Shown: positions 21,498-37,823 of the stretch, one piece after another
How positions within the stretch are numbered: the stretch's first letter is position 1
How the letters are laid out: each line of letters starts with the position of its first letter
Assembly: GCA_943704425.1 (NCBI GenBank)
Contig: CALSCP010001837.1
Location: forward strand, 1-42,519
Direction: 5' to 3'
DNA length: 42,519 bases
DNA from: Ministeria vibrans ATCC 50519
Lineage: Eukaryota; Protista; Filasterea
Notes under the pieces: generated by a model
Seen by the model: the letters and a program-made list of their open reading frames with translations, nothing else
What the model was told of the DNA's origin: nothing
Databases searched by the model: none
Translations under genes and position numbers: made by a program

Positions 21498-23480
21498 AGT
21501 GATACAGAGAGGAGAAAGAAAACAAAGTGATAGAGAAAGAGAAGTGTGAGTACCATACGGTGTGTAGATCTCTCTATTTCTTTTTTTTTCTTTTTTTCTC
21601 CTCTCATTCTGTAACTTTCTATTTATCTCCTCTCTCTTTGTAAACAACAAACCTGCGTGAGTCGTTCGCTCTCGTGGTTCCCGCGGTTCAAGTGCAGTGC
21701 AGTCGGATAGAGCACCTTGAGCGCCATCAGAGTCACAATCACCTCCACCGAAAACGACCCCCGATCCACAAAATCTCCATTGAACAACTACAATAAGAAG
21801 AGCGAAGATAATTACTTGCATGAATAACAGCAACAAACACATTGGGGTTGAGTGTACGTATGGGTTTTCGGGACTGGGAAGTCCGTTGAGCTCAAAGATA
21901 TTCAAGAGATCGTAGAATTGCCCGTGGATGTCACCACACACAGTGAACTTGCTGTCCTTCGGGATTGTCACGTCCACCTGAGACATAACGCGAGACAGAA
22001 CAAATGACAAAGAAACAAAGTAACAAACAAAGAAAGAAAGAAAAAAGAAAGAAAACGATAGAGAGAGAGAAAGAGAGAGAGAAAGGAGGGGAAAGAAACA
22101 AAGTGATTGAGAGAGAAACAAAGTGAGAGAGAAACAAAGTGAGAGAGAAAAGAAACAAAGTGATAGAGAAACAGAGTGGTAGAAAGAAAGAGTATGAGTA
22201 AGTGTCCTATTATTTTCGCATATTGTACCAGAGTGGGTTGAGCAGAGACAATTTTGAAGGCAGAGTGGATAATCTATCTCGAGAGCAATTGAGTTAAAAA
22301 TCATTCTCACACACACTCTCTCTTTCTCTCTCTCGGTTGCTAGTCATTACGCGATAAACAAACTTCTTGTGGATGAGCTTCTCGTCTCGGAAATACTCAA
22401 TCATCGCCTTAACAAAGTCCAGAGTGAGCTCTTCGCTCTCCATCACTGGTCCATCGTAGCTCGACTCGATTGCTACAAATAATGCAACATATTAATAATA
22501 AGAAAAGCATTTTAGAAATACATGAAGTGAAAATTTAACTCAGCGAAATAGAGAGTGTGAAAAATAATAGAGAAAGAAGACAAAAAATTAATCAATACTA
22601 AAAAAAATTAAAGTATTTGGGGCTCTCTGTACAATTTATATTATATCTCTTACCCATCGTTTCAATCTCAACTGCCTCGAAAATGCTCTTTTCGTCGTCG
22701 CCGGCAATCGCCTCCTCAAATAGCATGCGACGCACAATCTTTTCGCATTCCTTGCGCTTCAGCTTTGCCTGTGCGTCGTTCGGCACCACCTTGCACACAG
22801 TCGTGAAGTCACGCAGCGCCGTCTTGAACTTGCCCACTGCAAAGTTCCCCGATGCCCGTCGATAGTACGCCTAGGATCAAACACATGGCATTGTCAGTGA
22901 AGCGGCAGAGGAGGAGCGTGTGCGTGCGTGACAGAACGAGACTGTGTCACAGATGACAATCGATGAGTGACTGACCTTGACAAACTTGGGATTGATCTCA
23001 AGGGCCCGGGTCGCATCCGCCATGGCATAGCCATACTCCTACAGAGACGGGCGTCCAAGCAGTGAGCGAGAGAAGCGGCCGCTGGGACGAGATGGACGAC
23101 ATGCGCCTTCTTGATCAATGATGATGATGTGCGTACCTCCGTCTTGAGGTAGGCCGCCGCGCGGTTCGTGAAGTACGCTTCAACGGTGCCGTTCGACTGG
23201 GCAATGGCGGCGGTGTAGCCTCGAATGGCAGCGTGGTACCGTCCCTCTGCGAACGACAACGCAGAAAATCAATCCATCGCTCAACGCAAAAGCAGAACAC
23301 ACAACCACATCCAGCGTGCATCCCCACACGCAGCAGTCCGCACTCACAGCGCGCACACACGCCTCTCACCCTACCGCGAAAGTCAACGTTGGCGGCGTTC
23401 TTGGTCGCTTCCGCCATTTCCAACTGCTCCGGACTCACAGGCTCCTTCTGCACCGCAGGCAATGTGTCTGCACTCGACAT
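20416..23480 (-). CDS. PPP5C: Serine/threonine protein phosphatase 5 (TPR plus PPP catalytic domain), multi-exon
   Basis: TPR exons ([35 protein letters not shown]). Catalytic motifs [62 protein letters not shown] and [10 protein letters not shown]-terminal [12 protein letters not shown]. Confidence 0.97.
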
Positions 23481-23680
23481 ATCAGCAATACACTCGCTAT
23501 ATCACCAGTACAACAAAAATGATTCGATTATCGATAAAATTGAATATTCATTATTCGATGATAATAGTTATAAATAATGATCATCGTTGTAGATTACGGT
23601 TCGCCGTCACTCACAGCCCACTCTTTGTTCTTTCTTCTTCTTCTGCTTGTGCTGAAACCGTCCTCTTGTGCTCTTGCCTC

Positions 23681-28632
<4,952 letters not shown>

Positions 28633-28720
28633 CACACAAACACACAAACACAAACTCTAAAGACGCAGTCATCGAGCAAACACACGATAATATAGAGAGA
28701 CGCATAATTATGTTTTATTG

Positions 28721-29809
28721 TTACACCGTGGAATGATCAGAGTTGTGCGCAATTTCGTGTATCTGGGCAATGGCAGTGACATAGAGGCCCATAAGGGCAG
28801 TGATGGATGTCCCTTCGCTCGTTTGGGCGGCGTAGTCCGACTCAGTGTCTGCGTGTGAGCGATAGGCAATGAAGACACCGTCGCTCTCGACGACCCATCG
28901 GCGAATGTCGCTGAAGGGCACGCAGCTGAGTTCTCGTCGGGTGCGTTTGTCGAGGCGCGTGAGGCCGCGCGGCGAGATACACAGGAGGCGTGGAACTAGA
29001 CGTTGCAGTTGGGGGTCGCTCTCGCGCACAGCAAACTCCGTTTGGAAGTGACGTGGAAAGAGCAGAAGGAAGGTGGCAAGGAAACGCATTTGCGCAGTGG
29101 CAATGTCAAGTGCGGCGTCGCCATGGAATTTGCAACAGAGCGCGGCAACTCGGTCGCGTACGTGAGGGATGTCCAACCCGCCTGGAGGAAGGACGCTCTG
29201 CAGCTCCCGGCGTGTGGGGACAAAGTCGGCGGGCATCTCCTTGGCATAGTCGACCAGAAGCGTAAGGGATGCAAGTACAACGGCGTGCGGTTCGTCCATG
29301 GGCGTGTCGCCGCGTATGATGCACGTTTGCGCCTCGGCAAAGAGAACGTCTCGCTGAGCGTGCTTGACCGTCAACTGCGCGACGCTCTGGAAAAGCCGTT
29401 GGACAAAAGGCGGGGGCTGCAGGCCAGCGGTGTCGAAGAGCATGACAAGCTGTCTGTACGAGTGTTTTCGCGTCGACATGAAGCGGAGGGCGCGCGTACG
29501 CGCGACAAGTTCAAATGTGGCACGATCGTAGAATCGAAGAATGTCGTGCAGGCGGTGACAGGTCGCCTCCAGCTGTAACAGAGACCAGGCATCGCCATCG
29601 CGCGCTAGAGGCAAACATATGGCAATGATCAGCTCGGGTGGGAGCTGCAGGAGACGCGAGCTTGCGACGCCAGCGGACAGTTTCAACCCCTGCGGTGGCC
29701 TTCGCTCCTGCTGGACGCGCTCATCGAGCTCCTGGAGAGCCCGATAGCGTCGTAGTGCACGCTTCCTTCTCAACGGACTCGAACATACGCTCGAGTAACA
29801 CGAGCCCAT
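28721..29809 (-). CDS. N-acylated F-box protein with talin-head FERM F2-F3 (PTB-like) domains, intronless, 362 aa
   Basis: N-terminus MGSCYSSVC. F-box LLQLPPELIIAICLPL..LLQLEATCHRLHDIL. Talin F2-like DVLFAEAQTCIIRGDTPMDEPHAVVLASL. Talin F3-like LVPRLLCISPRGLTRLDKRTRRELSCVPFSDIRRW..YAAQTSEGTSITALMGLYV. Confidence 0.82.
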   Translation of the reverse strand: MGSCYSSVCSSPLRRKRALRRYRALQELDERVQQERRPPQGLKLSAGVASSRLLQLPPELIIAICLPLARDGDAWSLLQLEATCHRLHDILRFYDRATFELVARTRALRFMSTRKHSYRQLVMLFDTAGLQPPPFVQRLFQSVAQLTVKHAQRDVLFAEAQTCIIRGDTPMDEPHAVVLASLTLLVDYAKEMPADFVPTRRELQSVLPPGGLDIPHVRDRVAALCCKFHGDAALDIATAQMRFLATFLLLFPRHFQTEFAVRESDPQLQRLVPRLLCISPRGLTRLDKRTRRELSCVPFSDIRRWVVESDGVFIAYRSHADTESDYAAQTSEGTSITALMGLYVTAIAQIHEIAHNSDHSTV

Positions 29810-30007
29810 AGAAAATAATGAATTATTATGAATAATAATTTACTTTATTATTATTATTATTATTAGTTATTACCATCATAATAATAATAATAATAATATT
29901 AATTAAAAATATAATTATTATTATTATTATGAATATTGATTTATGATCGCTAGTGCTTTTGGTACTTGATTACATATGACTAGAATGATTAGAGTCGCGT
30001 AAAAAAT

Positions 30008-30771
30008 TTATTTCGGAAGGTTTGCAACGGGAGTGTCGGGGCGGGAGTAGAGAACAGTTGCAGCAAGTACAAGACAGGCGCCTACAAGCCAAAGAGGCGG
30101 CGGGGCAAAGTTGAAGAGGAACGCAGAGACAAGCGACGACATAACAATCGAGACGGACGTGGCAAACCCTGCGCGCAAGAAACATTCTGTCAGACACGAA
30201 AAGGAAAGAAGAAAGCGCACCTTTGGCAATGTTATCGGCGTATTTGACCACAACGGCCACGACAAGACCGCCCAGCGCACTGTTTGCAATCACGCCCCAC
30301 ACAAGCGGAGTGTACCTATCACAACATCATATACGACACACTCAGGCGGAGAAAGAGAAGAGGAGGCAAGTGGGGGAGTAGAGAGGTACCCATAAAAGAA
30401 ACCGAGAGCGTAGACCTGCTCTGAGTCGGTCAAGAGCACGCCTAAGAGCCCGATGACAGAGCCGTAGAGAGCCAGCTGCACATTGCGCACCCACACACTC
30501 TGCTTGCTCTCTTTGAGCATCTTCTCAAAATAGACGCCAGCAAAACCACTGCTAAGACACGCCATGACAACGGCAACAAGACCTGTCAGCGCCGAGCCCG
30601 TCGTCGCCGCCGTGTGGGCTTCTTTCCCGCCCGCCCCCGACACAGAAACCTGTACCAGCGCAATCCCCACCGCCAGTGACACCAGCGACGTCCATTTGCG
30701 CCGCGACAGCACCCGCGACAGCATCCCCACCGAAAAGATCGCCGTCGTCAAGATCTTCAATTGGTATCTAC

Positions 30772-30816
<45 letters not shown>

Positions 30817-31474
30817 CAATTAAACACAACCACAAATGGGGGGTGTTCGCGTGTGATCGTACGTCACTTGAAAGGTCGCCGTATCGAGATTGCTGATGGA
30901 CACATAAATAAGATTGTTTTGCACCTGGACGGACATACATGTTTGTGAATGGACACACACATGCACACATACACACACACACACACACATAGAAATACAT
31001 AATATCATCATATTTTATATGGTTTGATGGCTCGTACGGTATAGAGTAGGGCGGGCACAGCCATTTTGAGCCAGTCCATTCTGGTCGAGATCAACGACGT
31101 GACGACCTCCTCCGGTTTGGAGATGACCATCATGAAAAGACTGGCGAACATTTTGAGTAACTCTGCGCATACCACTGCCGTGCTCGGTATGTAGCGTGGC
31201 CCGTCAAGCGTGCGCGAATAGCGCATGATCAGTGCAAGTGATCTGAGAAAAAAGTGTGTCAGTCGGCTCACGGTGAAGCCGCACAGACAAAAGCCTCGTT
31301 CTTCGAGTCGACATCCTCTTACGAATTTTGAACCACCAGAATGACAAGACTAAGGAGTTTGATGGGGATAACCCTCCCAAACACTACAAAAGGCAGAGTG
31401 ATGTGAGAAAAACGGCCTCACACATCATCTGTGTGTTTCAGGTCACCTGTAATAGAAGGCGTGCCGTCCGCCAT
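30008..31474 (-). CDS. SLC35A-family nucleotide-sugar transporter (UDP-Gal/UDP-GlcNAc type), about 7 exons
   Basis: Spliced [85 protein letters not shown] and [15 protein letters not shown]. The start may extend to the in-frame ATG at 31687. Confidence 0.93.
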
Positions 31475-31899
31475 GGTGTGCAGTCGTACAACAATGTAGG
31501 TGTGTCCACGGCGAGACCGAAGCGTCAAGAGTCCTTTGTCAGCGAAAATTTGAAGCGCGTTGCAACGACCAAGAATCAGCGTAACACTTCCAGCGATAAG
31601 GAGCAAAATAAAAAGTCCCACAACAAGCCAGAGCAGCGAACTTAACAAAAACGATAGGTCGGGGTCAGACGATCTAGCTCTAGGCATAAATTTGGTGTTT
31701 GATGATTGATCACTTTGAAATTTGAATCATCTTACACAATCGGAATGCCCATTTTTTCCAACACACCCTAAATTCTAAAATGATGTGACTCTCAAATCAC
31801 AATCCTCGTGAGTCATAAATCGACTTTTGGTTTCAGTTTTTATATTCCTTTCTTTCACAATCAACAGACCAACATCGAAAACTGAAACTGGAACGTTAT

Positions 31900-31915
31900 C
31901 ACACACACACAGACA

Positions 31916-32003
<88 letters not shown>

Positions 32004-32025
32004 AACACGCGCGCGCGCGCGCGCA
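31900..32025. repeat. (CA)n running into (CG)n alternating purine-pyrimidine tract
   Basis: About 100 nt of CA repeat followed by a CG repeat, between the STAG stop and the SLC35A start. Confidence 0.9.
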
Positions 32026-32148
32026 TTTAAGCATACGGCCTCACTTGGCAGCCAGTGAGGAACGTGTCTTCCCTCGAGCAAACACACTCTCCATCATTTC
32101 ACCTTCGTCCGACTCTACATGAAAGTAATAAAAATTAATAATTGTCCC

Positions 32149-35100
32149 TCAAAAAATTATGCTTCGCGCACCTTCTTGGACCCCTTGGAACACAGGCAAG
32201 TCCATTTGTGCCATTGGAACGCGTCGCTTTTGGCGCGGCGGACGACGCACCAGCTCCTCCTCCTCTTCCTCCTCCTCCTCATCATCATGTGCGCCCTCAT
32301 CCGACGACTCTTCAATGCCGCGCTTTGATACAATTGTCTTGGAGACACTCAAGCTGCCACCTGCGCTACCTTGTGTCGTCTTTGATCGCTTGCGTGCGCT
32401 CGTCGGTGTCTTGCTCTTGCCCGTTTTCTTCTTAGTCGAGGTTGTTGACAAGCTCGACAGGCTGAGTGACAGCGGCTGAGTAAGCTTACCAAACCGTACG
32501 CGGTCCTCGTCCTCGTCATCTTCGTCGTCCTCCTCCTCCTCGTCCTCGTCCTCCTCTTCCTCTTCGTCAATCTCGTCGTCTTCTTCGGGCGCCTCCTCGA
32601 ATAGACGCTTTCGACTGCTCGGCTTGGTAGGCGATGCTGTGGGTCTGGTCTGGGCCAGACGTGCCGAAAGAGCGCTCGCAGTCTTGCGACGCTTCTCCGC
32701 GAGTTCTTGGCGACGACGTCCTGTCAGCGAGGCACTTGCAGCACTGCGTTTCGTCGTCGTCACGCGTGCACGACGCGGTGCCTTGACCTTCTTGGTAGCG
32801 CCCGTTGCACTGGGGCTGCCCGAGCTTGGCTTCGCGCCACCCTCGAGGTGCACACAGTATTCTTCGGCGCGTGTCACGTCAACTGAGCGCGCCGGCTCCT
32901 TGGCGAGCAACTCGCGAGCGTACTTCCATACGAGCGCCTTGTCCTCCTGCTTGACGCGTCCCGAAAACTCATCGAGAACACGGAAGAAGGGCAGACGCTC
33001 CTCGACCTGTTCATCACTGGGCGTCTCGGTGCGCCCACCAAGCACCCACTCAATGCCACGACGATGAAAGACAATCATGGCCTTGCGTTGTGCATCCGAC
33101 ATGGTGACACCACACGACTGAGCAAGACGATGCGCAAGGGCCACCACAGTGGAGGTGTCGCCGTTTGCCTCGCTAAATGACGCCTGCAGCGCTGCGAGCA
33201 TTTGCGTAGTGGTGCCCGCCAAGCTCGTCTCACGCATTTTGGCCAGGAGTACCTTGAGAATCGCTTTGTAACGGTAGGACAGCGTGACGTACGCCCGGAA
33301 CAGCGACACGGCGGCACTCAGCGGAATCGCATTGTTACCCACAAGCTTGCACAAGCACAGGAGGGTCCGACGTCGTTCGCCCAGTGACAACGACTGTGTC
33401 CACGTCGACTTCTCCTCAGCAAGGTCCTCCACAGTTCCATCCGCGTCCGCTTGCTCGGGCATCTGGTCCCACTCGTCGCTGACGCCGTCGTCCGACAGCA
33501 CATAGGGAGCATCGTCGTCGTCGGCTCCGTCCTCTGTTGACTCAAGCGACAAAGCATGCTCTTGCTCAGGCAGCACCACCAACTCCTCGACAAAGGCGAC
33601 GCACTCGTCAATCACCGATTGAGACGCAATAAAATGCAGCCTTTCGAGTGTGGGCGCTGAAAAAATGAGCAGGAAATCCGACAGAGTCGCAAAGAGGTAG
33701 GCACGCAGACGCGACGGGAGTTGAGGCGAGCGTACAAATGACGTGAGTTGGTGCACAAAGAGATCACGGCGCTTAATAATCGTGTCGGCATCCACACTGG
33801 ACGACGAGGGCAAGAGGCGCACAATGTTGACAAAGACAATGCGCACCGCGGGCAACAACAACACCGAGTGGAGCGACTGAGCGTCCGCAAAGGCTGCGAG
33901 CAGACGCGACGTGGGCTCGTAGGCGGCGTCGAGGCTGCGGTGTCGTTGAAGTGCTTCGATCCGCTTGAGCGCAACGTGCACCGGGTAAAGAGCGTCGTGC
34001 ATTCGACCCGCGGCAGCATTGTCGTCGAGCAAACGATCAACACGCGCACCCAAGGCGTGAGTGTTCAGCAGTTCACTCACAAGCTCGTCCATGGCAATGG
34101 TCACGTCCCCCTCCAACTCGTCGTGCTCCAACATGAGTGACATGGCGCGTGTGCTCGCATCAATCACGTCGTCCTGCCCAAAGGTACTGGCCGCTGTGCG
34201 CAAGTGATTCACCAGCGGCGCCAGGTGACCGCGCAGGCGGTGAGTGGTGTACACGTGAAAATCAAAGGCGTGCACAATGGAGGCGAGGCGCGCCATTTTG
34301 TCGCCGTCGGCAGCAAAGCGATCCATGAGCGACGGCAGCTGCTTGGCAAAGTGAACGGTGAGCGTTTCGCGTGCCTCCTTGGCGTCCGCGCGAGCCTTGG
34401 GTGTCGACTGATCGCTTACGGCACGATGAACGGCCGCCTCGAGCATGGCAAGAAGTGTGGCCTCGTGACGATCTGTCTCTGCATTGTTCAAGAGGGCGTG
34501 CGTCAGCGCTGGCCAGTCGGTGAAAGATGCCTCGCAGCGCTTCCACATGCTATCGACAAGTACGGCAGCGTAGCCAATGGGAAGGAGACTCTCATCGTCG
34601 GCGCTTGCCTCGTCACTCACCAGACTCACATGGTCACCACAAAACCAGCGGACAATGGCATGCAGTGTTCGCAAATGGCCCTTGTCAATGGAAGTGACAG
34701 CAGACATGGCGCGCTTGCCTTTGCCTGTGCTCGCCTTTCCCCTTTGTCCGCCTCGTCGCCTCGTGCCATCATCATCGCCATCGTTGTCGTCGTCGTCGTC
34801 GTCGTCGTCGTCGACGGCGCTTTTTGGGCCGTCGTCGTTGTTCAACTCGATGAGGTGCGTGTGCAAAAACTGGCCGGCTGCAAGACGGCAGGGAGCGTCG
34901 TCGGGTCGCGTAAACATTTGCGTGGCAGTTCGGTCAATGATGAGCGAAACGAGGCTGTCGTCGTCGTCATCGAGGAGACGGGCGCGCGCGAGACAGGTTA
35001 CGAGACTGACGGCACGCGCAGCCACGTCGCTGCTGACATCGTCCACCATTTCGGTCATGCGCTTCTTGAAGCGCTCTGTGAGAGCCTGCAGCGACTGCAC

Positions 35101-36408
35101 AAAACTTGGGTTGCTGTACAGACGCAAGAGTCCTTCGACGGCCGCGAGTCGCACATGGGGCTCCTTGTCAAAGAGCGACCAGGCGATGTACTTGAGCTTG
35201 GTGTCGCGTGTCTGGCCACTCGTGTCGTCGCTGTCGTGCAGAAAGCGCTGGGGACAGTGTTCGAGCCAGACGCAGAGCTCGGCTATGCACTCGGCGCGAA
35301 TGTTGACAAAGAAGTCGCGGTAGCGGGTGAGAAAAATGTTCTTGAAAATGTCGCAAATGAAGCCCTTGGGCTCGTCGTCGGTCGCGTCTGGGTTCCACAG
35401 TGCACGCTGCATTGTCTGAAGGCGCTCAAGAAGCGCATCAAGATCCTTGGCGCGTGCACCCTTGGCGGACGCTCGCTTGCGCTCTGTAGCTGAAATTTGC
35501 TCGTCAATGTCGACGAGCTCATCGACCAGTGCTGTGTGCAGCTTCATGGCGGCAAAAGTGGCAGTGTGACGGACGGCGCGATGAGGCGCGGACGCAAGAA
35601 GACCAAGCCAAGTAATGACGGTGGTCATGAGACGACCGCTTGCGAGGTGGTCGCCGCAACTTGAAAAGAGTCGCTGCACAAAGTCGGCAAAGTTGTTGCG
35701 AAACTTCTTGTACTCCTTGGGCGCCGTCATGACAATGGGATAGGCGTCGCCCGAAGCAAGACTCAGACAGAGCTCCTTGATGAACGGCGTAATGTTGTCG
35801 CTGCACACCATGCTCTCGGTAACCACATCCTGACAACCGGCGCTGCGCGTGAAGAATGTCACCAACTTGGCGAGCGCTGCCACCGGGTTTCGCTCGTAGC
35901 TGTCTACCCATTCACACACTACCGCCTTGATGGCCGAACGACCACGCAGCACCACATCAAACAGATCGGCGGGCGCGGCGCTCTTGGTACGTGTCGTCGT
36001 TGCCTTCTTCTTCTTTGTGCGCGTCGTCTGCTCCTCGTCATCTTCCTCATCCCCAATCTCGTCGGCGTCGTCTTCATCATCATCATCATCATCGTCGTCG
36101 TCGTCGTCGTCGTCGTCATCCTCCTCCTCTGCATCACTGCTGTTGGTCGCCTCAAACGTGTTGTCATCTTCTGCTGCTGCGTCGCTGATGTCCTCGACGC
36201 GTTTCGCCGAAACGCGTTTCTTTGGCGTCGCTGTCTTGGCTGGACTCTTAGTCTACACACACACACACACACAGGTCAGTGTATGTGCACCAATTCACAC
36301 AGTAGAAAGATGTCAGACACAGGGGGGTGAGAGACAGGGAGAGGAGGAGGGGAGGGGGAAGGACGAGTGTTTCGTTGTTGAAACTTTTTTTTTCTTTGTT
36401 GGTACCAT
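32149..36408 (-). CDS. STAG: Cohesin subunit STAG/SA/Scc3
   Basis: STAG domain YPIV..KKFRNNF..HRAVRHTATFAAMKLHTALV. SCD motif RYRD..IRAECIAELCVWL..KLKYIAWSLFDKEPHVRL. HEAT-like body and an acidic/basic tail. Probable start ATG at 36408-36406 is followed directly by a GT donor and spliced to a large exon 36252-32149 (M|TKSPAKTATPKK). Confidence 0.93.
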
Positions 36409-36801
36409 CGATTGTTCACTCTCGTGAGCTGCCGACGAGTGCCTATACGAGAGAGGAGAGACAATTCCAAGCAAGTCAGTCAGGGGGTAGTGCAAAACGA
36501 GCGGCGGCGACAGTGGTGGTGAGACAGAAACGAAAACACGGCGGAAACACGAAATTTCGGCGCCAAAACACCGAAACAAAAAGCCAAAACGTCAAAACGA
36601 GTGCTTGAGAGTTCAAAGGGAGTGGAACGAGTTGTCCTCACGCCGGGTTGTCCTACCGAGTGGCCCGCGTTGCGCGCTTTGTGCCCGGCATGATCAGAAA
36701 GAGAGCGAAAAAAAAATGAACTCGAGACTCATCTTCAAATCTATGAATAAAAGTAAAAAAAAGTTTTTAAGACTTATTTTTACTGTGGCGATTGCACCAG
36801 T

Positions 36802-37792
36802 ATGCCGCATCTTTCCTTCAAAGGATTTGTGGCGACGGTAGAGCGAGCTCAAGAGTACGCACTCGTCTGGGTTTGGTTTGCGTTGCTCAACGCACTCGTG
36901 AATGCCCTGTAGCATATTCGAAGCGGCTCGCACAGGGCGCTGTCTCATCTTCCATGAACGCCCTCCGCTGGCGGACGTTGCGCCAGGCTGGGGTTTCGTG
37001 TTTGACAATGAGCGGTAAGAGGAACCACCCGTCACTTTGCTCGTGCCACAGCGCCCAGCCGCCCGTCTGCTCCACCGCATCCGATTATCGGCCTTTCACA
37101 CGCCCTTGCTTTGTAGAAGCGGCATCAAGCGCTGGACCGACAGTCGGTACGTTGGTGGTTTTTTTTTTCTTTTTTTTTTTTTTTTTGTGTGATATTTTTG
37201 AGGTCACACCCAAACCCCAAGTGGGGCCGTTCAACTCGTCGTTGCGAATCCTAGAGCTGCTAGGATTCTGTGTGTGAACCTTACCGTGGGCTGCAGCGTG
37301 TCTGCGGGTGCAGCCCATCCCCTGTGTGACGTTTTGATTTGTTATCGTATCTTTCTGTCACTCCGCTGCTTCCGTGCCTTCCTCGCATACGGATGCACCC
37401 ACTACGCATATTGGCTAGCCGCCTGCGGACAGGCACTCCCTCTCGTCAACAGGGCGTTCCCATGACCCATTTTTTCACACACCAAAAAAAAAAAAAAAGA
37501 CAAAGAAAAAATGTATTGCCCCTGACACACACGAAGGGCGCCCCTGTGCTCTTTTTGCATCGCATACATTGCAAAACCTTATTGTATTACCCGCAGTTGC
37601 AGCGATTCCGTCTTTACATGCGTCTTTCCCTTGGGCGGACGCAAACGGAACCTCACACGCAAAACCCATCGACCCCATTGCGTTCTCCCTGTTTTCGCCG
37701 TCGCCCTCTGTCGCCTCTCTTCGACGGCTTTCCCTCTATCGTGTCGTGGCTCTTGTGGATCACCAACCTATACATATGTCACGTCTCATGTG

Positions 37793-37823
<31 letters not shown>

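Noticed and set aside
22275-22362. Apparently missing PPP5 micro-exon
   Set aside because: The upstream exon extends to KKFVYR before a GTAATG donor and joins IIHSAFK in frame, so no micro-exon is needed.
36694-37080. Minus-strand Trp-rich ORFs (36887-37075, 36694-37080) as a separate small gene
   Set aside because: The region is fully explained by plus-strand WOPR exons 1-2 and their introns.
37264-37431. In-frame TGA at 37327 between two open stretches as selenocysteine or readthrough
   Set aside because: It lies within the WOPR intron. The flanking peptide has no recognisable homology, and exon 3 joins exon 4 perfectly without it.
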